64,000 nt of DNA from Macrostomum hystrix (Eukaryota > Animalia > Platyhelminthes): the NCBI GenBank assembly GCA_950097015.1, contig CATNEN010000001.1, positions 19,096,001 to 19,160,000 of the forward strand. The letters run 5' to 3'. Position numbers and translations under genes: made by a program. Under the pieces are notes generated by a model that made no database searches, was not told the origin of the DNA, and worked only from the letters and a program-made list of their open reading frames with translations. The stretch's first letter is position 1, and each line of letters opens with the position of its first letter. Of this stretch, positions 47,384 through 56,700 are shown in pieces.

Positions 47384-47805
47384 GGGCTCTTTTGCTGCAT
47401 AAGAAAGCATTAAGGATTGAGTCGGGCTCTTTTGCTGCATAAGAAAGCATTAAGGGTTGAGTCGGGCTCTTTTGCTGCATAAGAAAGCATTAAGGGTTGA
47501 GTCGGGCTCTTTTGCTGCATAAGAAAGCATAGGGGACTCGGCCGGGCTCTTTTGCTGCATAAGAAAGCATAGGGGACTCAGCCGGGCTCTTTTGCTGCAT
47601 AAGAAAGCATAGGGGACTCGGCCGGGCTCTTTTGCTGCATAAGAAAGCATTAAGGGTTGAGTCGGGCTCTTTTGCTGCATAAGAAAGCATAGGGGACTCG
47701 GCCGGGCTCTTTTGCTGCATAAGAAAGCATAGGGGACTCGGCCGGGCTCTTTTGCTGCATAAGAAAGCATAGGGGACTCGGCCGGGCTCTTTTGCTGCAT
47801 AAGAA
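47384..47805. repeat. 40-bp tandem repeat, ~10.5 copies, two alternating variants
   Basis: GGGCTCTTTTGCTGCATAAGAAAGCAT followed by TAAGGGTTGAGTC or AGGGGACTCGGCC. Confidence 0.95.
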
Positions 47806-48227
47806 TCGCTACATAAAAAACCATAGACTACACAGCCGGGCTGAATTGCCGCTATTGCAATTTCAATAGAGAGAGTGAGTGCGAGCGAGGAAAATATGTG
47901 AAGTTCTGCTACACGCCGCGAACCTGATTCGCGTAATTTCAGGACAGCCGCACGACCCGCGAGGGCTTTGCGGCGGTATGTAGAGCCATATTCAGGTACG
48001 TGGCATCTCTTAAAATGCGCTCTTTGGTGAGAAATCAGAGCCCCGCATATCGGACAGAGACACACCGGCTTCGCTTTTGAAGTCGCCTTCGCGAAGTCAA
48101 TCATCGCCTGAATCCTGTCATCCTCCAGAGCGGGGTGCCTTTTCTCGCAATGCCTCCAAAGCATGTAGGATCGACCAGTCCAATTGGAACAGACAAGACA
48201 GGACACTTTCGCGTGTTTGTTGGGCAT
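47490..48227 (-). CDS. Double C2H2-like zinc-finger protein (first ~105 aa plausible; remainder reads through the minisatellite)
   Basis: CLVC..HCEKRH and CPIC..HFKRCH; shares W..HC..HP.L..RI.A..LCP.C with 17418-17954. Confidence 0.55.
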   Translation of the reverse strand: MPNKHAKVSCLVCSNWTGRSYMLWRHCEKRHPALEDDRIQAMIDFAKATSKAKPVCLCPICGALISHQRAHFKRCHVPEYGSTYRRKALAGRAAVLKLRESGSRRVAELHIFSSLALTLSIEIAIAAIQPGCVVYGFLCSDSYAAKEPGRVPYAFLCSKRARPSPLCFLMQQKSPAESPMLSYAAKEPDSTLNAFLCSKRARPSPLCFLMQQKSPAESPMLSYAAKEPGRVPYAFLCSKRARLNP

Positions 48228-48373
48228 GGTAAGTTTTGTGTGTTTACAGTTTGAAGTTTAAAGTTTTTTTAAGTTGCCTGCGTTTCGCTGAAATCGGTGA
48301 CGTATACAGGTGCAAGTATGTAATTTGTAATTATGTAAATGCTAAAAAAGGAAAATACGTTTATCAAGCACGG

Positions 48374-48831
48374 CAAGCAATGAAAAAAATAAGAACGAGA
48401 AACGCTGTTTAGGAGCCCCTCCATTTATTTGACAGACAATGAAACTGTGAGCTATATAATAATAATAAAACGGAATTGAACGGAAAAGCTGATAAATGAA
48501 CGAATTTAATAGTGTCATTAGTCCCACGAATAAAAACAGCTAACGTAATTACACTGCCAGTCCGCTGGATAGTGCAAACATGCACGGTAATTAGCAGATT
48601 TTATTCGCGCTCAACGAGTCCGCCGCGAGAAGGCTGACACATGGGCTCATGAAATTAGCGCTTTAAAATGTAGCGCTTCACAGCACATTGAATTGCATGT
48701 GCAAAGTGACCTGTATAATTTTGCTAGTTGAAAGAAATATGTGTCCAAACTTTGGGCTTACTGGTATTAATTTTAGCGCTCTTAAACTTAACGCTTCACA
48801 GCACCCACACAAAAGTAGGTGCAGAGTGACT
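48374..48831. repeat. ~460-bp dispersed repeat; uninterrupted copy of the sequence split by the LINE (27430-27682 plus 32478-32688)
   Basis: Colinear identity from GACAGACAATGAAACTGTGAGC through CAACGAGTC to GTAGGTGCAGAGTGACTT. Confidence 0.9.
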
Positions 48832-48902
48832 TTACAAGGCAGCGCTTGACTTCAATTAAAAACACAAGTAACGGTGGAATCATCAGTACACTGGTTGGAT
48901 AC

Positions 48903-51283
48903 TTAATCGGAGTCGCTATCAGAAGACTCCGATAGATATTTTACAGCATCAGTCACGCTTTTACTTGCAACATCTTCAAGCAGTCTTCTAAACAATTCCC
49001 GAAATTGAGCGGCTAAGCCCGGCTGATTCGCTAAGTCATCACAGAGGCTCTGCAAATTAACCTGAAGGTCAACCCACTCATCTGAAATAATATGCGCTTC
49101 TTTTAGGCGTTTATATTTGTTACTGACGTCTATAGCCCGCTGACGAAATCGGATGGAAAGGTCGGTTCCAGACAAATGTTCATATTTCGCACTACGCGGT
49201 TTTTTATATTCATCGAAAGAAGCTCTGTCTTCAATTGGAAGACGAGCGTAGAGTTTTTTCATGTCGGATGCATAACTTTTAACCTTTCGCAAGCACATTC
49301 TGGTTTGACTTTGGCCAACTGACTTACCAACCTGTTTACTCCAATGATCTCTGTGCACTGCAAGAGCGCGTAGCTCACATAGGATATCATCTTCCGAGTT
49401 GTGTACAGCTACTCGGAGGGAATCTTCATACCATTGGGAGCCTAAATCCAAAATTTCATCCTCAGAGATGACCAGACTGTCATTTCGGACCCCCGAGTGC
49501 TGCAAAATCGCAGACTGGCTTTGTAGCTCTTTTAGTTCACTTAGAATGCTTTTTCCCGCACCTACCATAAGCTTAATACGTTGTGTAAACCACCCAGAAG
49601 CGCTAAGAAGCTGTTGTGCATTAAAGAAGTATAGAATATGCGCCATGTATTGTGCTCGTCGGTCTTTTCGCATGTACTTTAAAAACTTACCGAACGGCCT
49701 GAGTTGAGACCAGGCTCGCTCAGTATTCTCTCCATCGCATAGACCTGCGCCTGGAGTAACGCGAACAGAAAACTTTTTTTGACAACTGGGCAGGTGACCA
49801 AGAGCATGAAAAGCGTTTATTGCACAGCTACTCGCTTGAATGTTGGCACCAGACTTCGCAATAGCGGACGTAACCCGGCTGGATACGCGACAGCCTGTGA
49901 ATTGGGATAAAGAGTAAGTCATGTTGTCATATAACTGTACACAAGCAACAGTATTTCATAGATTGTATGCATTTTATAAAATAATAATAAACTTACCCAC
50001 GTCATATACGACAAGTAATTCCTTAGACACTTTGACGTTTCGCAGAAAGTGTTCAAGGCACTGTTCCAGGTAGCAAAACTTTTCTCCACCAGTTGTGATA
50101 TTTGAGCCACACAAAAGGCGATTGTGACGACAGAATAATCCAAAGAAACCCGTGACATCATGTCTCTGCTCACGGCTTAATGGTTCATGAGCACCGGCCT
50201 TCCAATTAGGACAATTCTGTTCCTCTGCTCGATTTTTTGGCACATCCGCTTTAATATCTACATAGACAAGCGGCGTAGGTAATGGACGACCATCTGATGG
50301 TATTTCCAGTTGTGTACGCCCCTTGGCTTTAAAGCGCTGCCAACCAAATAGAGCATCTGCACAGACAACAGTTTTGCGCACAGCGTGATTATCTGGACAG
50401 AGAAGACAATTATTTGGCCATTTTGCTGAGGCCATTTGCAGGTGGCGAAACCGCAGCAAAACATCATGTCGTTGAATGCGTTGATAAGTGCTTTTTACAA
50501 GAGCCAAATTATATGTACCTTGTCCCAGAGTTGGCCCAATGAGCAGTGTACTGACCGCTCTGTGAACAGGCAACTGCCCAGTCATACACAAACTGTCTAG
50601 CAGGGACAAAAAGGTAAAAGAAAAGAATGCATACCCATCTGAATCAGGCTTTGACCCTTCGCAACAAGGGAAGAACCCTTGAGAAAGGAGTGCACCAATA
50701 AGATCACAGGAGTCGCAGGTAATAAAAATGACCTTTACGCTTCCAGCCAGATCTATAAGGTCAACTTTTGTAGCCGCACAGACATTCAGATTCAATTTAC
50801 TAGAAGCGCAGCAAAACATTTCAAAAGCATCGTGAGTAGCATCCAGTTCCTGAAACATTAGACTCTCCTTATTCCATATGAGAAACTTGTGGGCTGAAAA
50901 CTTTTTATGCGTCTCATTCTTACAGCTGGCACATAAGCTAAGTCGACAAGTAACACATCGATATACACCTTCGTGCTCATAGCAAGAGGAACACAGATTT
51001 AAGAGAAAATGCTTCTCGTAACTACCTCTGTATTTCTCAGCAAAGCTGTCAAAATCTACCCATTCAACATCTTCTACTGTAGGAGCAAAAGACTCAGGCA
51101 TACCGACATCATTCTCGGTGCTAGCTTCCACTGGAACAGTTGAGTAGTTTCAGACACAGGACGCAGAGATGTTGAGCCTCGATTTCGGCCGCTAATGATT
51201 GTCTTAATCTTTCTGGGTCGCCCACGACAGCCAGTTTGCAGTGTAGCTTTGACAACACGCTTCAGTTCGATGCCGCGATACAT
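48903..51283 (-). CDS. KDZ (Kyakuja-Dileera-Zisupton) transposase with N-terminal CxC cysteine cluster; intron 49895-49996; probable frameshift near 51145
   Basis: CSSC..RCVTC..LCASC..H..H..W, GFFP, CADALFG, TGFFGLFCRH, GEKFCY, spliced YDVG|C, FHALGH..CQ, GAGLCDGENTERAWS. Confidence 0.85.
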
Positions 51284-51704
51284 TGTCTGGAAATGAGAAA
51301 GTAATTTATAATCATTGCTCTACAGTATTTAATATTGTAGACAGACAACTGTTTTCTATTTAATACTATAAAGTTTTATATATTCTACAATGAAATCATA
51401 GCACTTATATTCAACATATATTCCCACAAGTATTGTGGCCATGTAACTACAGTCTGTGGAGATTGCTGACCTGCACTTGGGCGTCATTTCTATACACTTG
51501 CTTGAATATAAAGAATTGAACATTTACTTAAAAATTTGCACACAAATCCCTTTTTCTCACTCTCACAAATTAACACATTACTGCCACCCATGGACTCCAT
51601 GGAATGTGACAAAGATTGGCAGACAGTGTCCAGCTGCAGCTATTCTGCCGGACACACTGCAGTTGTTCTGCCTAGATGATCAGCCTGTCTGATACTGATA
51701 CCAG

Positions 51705-52370
51705 TGATGTGCTGTAGACTGCTGAGCAGCCTCCAGGCAATCTGTGAGTCAGGCTGTTCTAGGTCTGTGGGAGGGCTAGGGTTGGTAGTTAGTGTTTCCC
51801 GTGCACTGTCACATCCGCTCGCCACCCCCTCCGCTCTCTCTCTCTCTCTTTCCAGCTCTGTCTGCGCACTGAGTCACATTGCACACCATGGTGCAATCGC
51901 TTAAGTTCGGAAGAAGACTGGCAGAACAACGCTCAAATGCTCCTACTATAAGTAGAGCACAGTCCGACGAATCCTTGAGATGGGGTTGTTATCATGGTAG
52001 CACGTTTTCTGTATGAATATGGCACGTTTCTTGTCTCCAGTTCTCCCGCTCGGAACAGTTTGTGATTACTTTCTGTGTCCATTCTTTTGGCTCTCTAAAG
52101 ATCTTAGACAATTCTTGTTGGTCTAGGTCACACACTGCATTTAGAAGCTTGGTGTGTCACCCGATCTAGCATAAGATCTGTGAGTTTAGCTAGAACGTGG
52201 ACTAGGTAGAAGAAGTCCCGAGAGAACTTAGCTGTCTAAGCCTGACTACCGGATTGTTCCTCTGCTAGGAAGCATCTGAGTGTGAGGCCGGATACTCTCT
52301 CTCTCGGAATCTAGTTCCTGTCTTGGTTATTTTTACCAATTGTGTGTGCCACGCTACCACAGGTACAACA
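51705..52370 (+). repeat. 5' LTR
   Basis: TGATGTGCTG..GGTACAACA; appears identical by eye to 60180-60845. Confidence 0.97.
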
Positions 52371-52371
52371 T

Positions 52372-52392
52372 TGGTGGCAAAGCGGTGTGATT
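52372..52392 (+). promoter_or_regulatory. PBS, imperfect tRNA-Leu type
   Basis: TGGTGGCAAAGCGGTGTGATT versus TGGTGGCAGCGGTGGGATT (2-nt insertion, one mismatch). Confidence 0.65.
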
Positions 52393-52432
52393 CGAGTTAG
52401 CCTTTTACTCATTCACTGCGGATACGAACGCC

Positions 52433-53722
52433 ATGTCCCAAGAGGAATTGGATTCGGAGAGAGAGGAGAGGCAGCAGGTAGCCCGGAGCAAGGAGTCTCG
52501 CGGTGGCTGTGCGCTGCAGGAAGCTGCGGGCAGGAGTCGGTGGAACGGCCGCGGCAACGACTGTGTCGGCGACGGCGAGGACGGCGAGAGCGACTTCGGC
52601 GACGACGACCAGTCCGGCGGCGAGGACGACGACCGGGGCGCAGCGGCAGCGGCAGCAAGGCGACGACGACCGAGGCTGGACGACAGGGCGACGGCTGACC
52701 TGGTGTACCGGATGCTCAACCTGATGGAGAAGCAGGTGGAACAACAACAAGGTAGGACGGCGAAGATTGCCAAGTTTTCTCGGGGTCAGGACGTGCATCT
52801 GTGGGTGGACGCGTTTGAAGCGTATTGCGCCCGGGCTGCGATTCGCAGCTCGGAGACACGCAAGGCCCTTCTACTCGACCACCTCGATGTACAGTGCCTG
52901 AATGCCGTCCTCAGGATGAAGCTGCCCGAAGAGCTCACGTATGCCCAGTTCAAGGAGCGTATTGTGGAGCGATTCGCGCCGCTGAGTAGCCCTGAGGAGT
53001 ACCGAGACGAGTTCCGCAATCGCTATCAGAAGAAAGCGGAAACGCTTGATGACTATGCTGATGCGTTGCAGGGACTCGGCGAGCAGGCCTATACCAACCT
53101 TCGCCAAAGAGATTTGGACTATGAGTTGGTCGACCAGTTTATTAAGGGAGTTCGGACTTCGGTTGAGAACCGCAAGCACCTGTTGCGGACTCGCCCTAGG
53201 ACACTCCTGGAAGCTAGGCGAGAGCTAAAGCGCCTAGAGGTGGTCGACGAGGCAGTCCAGAGGGCGAAGGATGGGCCGGCTCGGATGGTGCACGGCGAAG
53301 ACGAGGACCTGAATGCGCGGCCGCCACCGCAAGGTGTTACCGCTGCGCTGAAGGGACTCGAATCGCTGATGACCAAGATGGTCGAGGTCCAGGGTCAGCA
53401 GCTGCAGCATCAGCAGAAGATGCAGGAGATGCTGGTCCAGGCGCTCAGCCGACCACAAGGAGCCGTGCAGCAGGAAGGACCGGCGCCGCCAAGAGGGGCA
53501 TGCTTTGGTTGCGGGAAGTTCGGACACCTGAGGCGTGATTGCCCGACGAGGCCACCCAAGCCGCGTTATGAGCACCACGCTCAGGGGTACCCGAGAGAGC
53601 AACGGCAAGAGCCCAGGCAGCAGTCCGAGCTGCAGGCCCAAGGCACTCAGACGTCGGGAAACGGGACGGCGAGGAGCACGGACGGCAGTGCCCCTCGCAG
53701 TCCAGTTCCTGGACGGGCCTGA
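52433..53722 (+). CDS. gag: Gag with CCHC zinc knuckle
   Basis: KFSRG..WVDAFEAY, QKKAETLDDYADAL, CFGCGKFGHLRRDC. Confidence 0.92.
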   Translation: MSQEELDSEREERQQVARSKESRGGCALQEAAGRSRWNGRGNDCVGDGEDGESDFGDDDQSGGEDDDRGAAAAAARRRRPRLDDRATADLVYRMLNLMEKQVEQQQGRTAKIAKFSRGQDVHLWVDAFEAYCARAAIRSSETRKALLLDHLDVQCLNAVLRMKLPEELTYAQFKERIVERFAPLSSPEEYRDEFRNRYQKKAETLDDYADALQGLGEQAYTNLRQRDLDYELVDQFIKGVRTSVENRKHLLRTRPRTLLEARRELKRLEVVDEAVQRAKDGPARMVHGEDEDLNARPPPQGVTAALKGLESLMTKMVEVQGQQLQHQQKMQEMLVQALSRPQGAVQQEGPAPPRGACFGCGKFGHLRRDCPTRPPKPRYEHHAQGYPREQRQEPRQQSELQAQGTQTSGNGTARSTDGSAPRSPVPGRA

Positions 53723-56700
53723 GGGAGACTGAGGAGTCAGCTGGAGGAGAGGGTAGGGGCTCTCCTAGCACCAGCTTCCTCGAGCGTTGGTATGCCTCCA
53801 ACGCTGACCCCTATGTGACGGCGATGGTTTCCAAGAAGACGGTGCCTTTTCTCCTAGACTCAGGGAGCAGGCGCTGTCTGATTGGAAGTGAGACGTGGGC
53901 ATCTCTGCGGCATGTAGTGCCGCACGCTGTGCTGACAGGAGAGAGTGCCCTGTGCAACTTTGATGGTTCTCGATTGCCGGTTTTAGGGCGAGTCGCCTTT
54001 GAGGTCAGGCTCGGCGACTACGCTGTAGACGTCGAGTTCTGCGTGACGAAGGGCGAGCACGAGAACATCCTAGGAATTGATTTCATGCGCCAGCACACCC
54101 AGAAGATTGACTTTCCGAAGGGGATGCTGACCATGAAGTCTGGAACGAAAGTGCCGCTGAGGTTCACGAGGCGAGAGGCGAGGGCCAGTCGGGTTTACTC
54201 ACTCGAGCAGACCACTGTGCCAGCGCGCTCTTCGATGCTCGTAGCGGTGAAGCTAGCGGGTGGCCGGACTGACTGTCACGGCACGCCGCTGCTTGTTGAG
54301 TCCTTGAGGTCAGGACTGAAGCCAGGGGCGTCTCAGATCGAGATGGCCCCGACATTGCTGACGATGGCTGACGGAACAGGGTGTGTTGAAGTCATCAATA
54401 CCTCTTGCTTCCCGGCGGTCATTCGACGCAATGGTCTTGTAGGGCTAGCGAGGCCACTGAAGGCCGACGAACTCGAATATCTACCAGAGCTAGAGGAGAC
54501 GCCGGTCAGGCAGGTTCAGGCAGAAGGGCTGGAGAGCGATGAGGCATGGCTAGAGGAGGTGGAGATTTGTGAGAGGTTGACCGAGGAGCAGAGGCATCGG
54601 GTTAAGGAGATGTTGAGAGAGTGCCGCGAGGCATTCGCAATGCATCCCCTGGACCATGGTGTCACTGACTTAGTCACTCATGAGATCATTGTGACAGATC
54701 CCACTCCAGTTCGCATTCCACCGAGGAGGATCCCGCCTCACTTGATGGAACAGTTGGACAAGATGCTGGATGAGATGTTGGCGAAAGGCATCATCAAGCC
54801 GACATTCTCCAGCTACAACACGCCTCTCCTGATTGTCCCTAAGAAAGACAAGACTATCAGGATTGTCTTAGACTATCGCGAGTTGAATAGCCGCTGCCTG
54901 AAGCACGTCTATCCGCTGCCAGACATTCAGCAGACCTTTGAGCATTTGAGAGGGGCGCAGTACTATTCCGCCCTCGATCTTGCACAAGGTTTCTGGCAGA
55001 TCCCGCTGAGAGAGCAGGATAGACACCTGACCGCGTTCTCGGTTCACCACAGAGGTCAGTTTGAGTTTACTGTGTTGCCGATGGGCATGACGGATTCGGC
55101 AGGGTCTTTTCAGCGCTGTATCAACAAGCTGCTGGAGGGGCTGACGCCAAAGGTAGCGTTGGGGTATATCGATGATATACTCGTCCACTCGCCTACCTTT
55201 GACGACCATTTGGAGCATCTGAGGATGATGCTGACGCGAATCCGTGAAGCCCAGTTCAAGCTGAAGCCGAAGAAGTGCCACCTGTTCAAGAGGGAGCTGC
55301 ACTACTTAGGCCATGTGGTGACACCAGAAGGCATCCTGACGAACGAGGATAAGATCGCCGAGCTCAGAGGCTGGCCGACACCTCGAAGCGCCAAAGAATT
55401 GCGCAGCTTCTTGGGGTTGGCACAGTACTACAAGAAGTTCGTCCGCAATTACTCAGGGATTGCAGCACCATTGCACGAGCTCACTAAGCGGGACGTTACC
55501 AGCTTGAAGGGTCTGTGGAAGACAGAGCATGAGAGAGCCTTTCAGGGATTGAAGGATGCGTTGTGCTCAACGGAGGTACTGGCGTACCCGGAGTACACCT
55601 CTGACCCGAAGGTGACTTTCGTCCTGGACACAGATGCCTCTGATGACCGCATAGGGGCTTGTTTGAATCAGCTGCAGTCTGATGGAGTAGAAAGGCCTGT
55701 TGGCTACTACAGCCGGAAGCTGCGAGGGCCGGAGACCCGCTACACTACGACCCGCAAAGAATTGCTGGCAGTCGTAGATGCGATGCGGCATTTCCGGTAC
55801 TTCCTGGTTGGCAAGAAGTTTGTTGTCCGGTCCGATCACAAGGCCCTGCTGTGGCTCATGCATCAGACCGAGGCGACAGGCATCTTAGGCCGTTGGGTTG
55901 AGAGAATGAGTGAGTTTGACTTCACCATTGTTCATCGTCCTGGAAAGTCTCACCAAAATGCTGACTCGATGTCGAGAAAGCCGGATAATCCGGTGAATTG
56001 TTCTTTTGGGGTGGTGACACCCCACAACCAGTTCGGTGCGAGTGCTTGCACCCGCCAAGTTTCGAGTCAGCTGGAGGAGGGACAGGAAAGGGACGATAAA
56101 CAGGTTGAAGTCAACGAAGCCGCAGAGCCACTGCGAGCTGTGAAACCCAAGGCTCAAGGTGTCATTGACGGCCGACCAGGATGGGAAGCAGCTGTGTCTG
56201 AAGGACTGGTGGAAGAGCCGGTCCTGGAGCCTGTCGAGGTGCGCCAAGATAAGGCGGTGCTGCAAGGGTGTCAGGAAGACACGACCGCAGGCCAGCCTGT
56301 GAGGCGGGAAGCACCTGTCAACGGGGCCCCGCAGTCAGCTCGTTGCAGCCAGTTCTGCCTGCAGACTGTGGATGCCGCCGTGCAGACGGTAGCTACTGAA
56401 GGTAGCTGGAGCCAGGGAGCCACAAGGGAGGAGCACTGGGTGCGGGGCTGTGATGCCAAGGCACAGGTGCAAACTCAGGTGGTGGCGGAAGGCTCAGAGG
56501 TGAAGGAGAAGGTGCCCGCCCGTTGCAGCCAGTCCTGCCTGCAGGCGCCAGATCCAGAGCCTCTGGTGTGTCCGGAGACAGAGGAGGAGGTGTCCGCTCG
56601 TTGCAGCCAGTCCTGCCTGCAGACACCGAATCCTGCTGTTGAGGAGTTCTCGGAAACAGGGGAGAAGTCGCTGGCTCGTTGCAGCCAGTCCTGCCTGCGA

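Noticed and set aside
47384-47805. 40-bp array with a constant part and a variable part, superficially CRISPR-like
   Set aside because: Only two recurring 13-bp variants rather than unique spacers, no cas genes, eukaryotic context; it is a minisatellite
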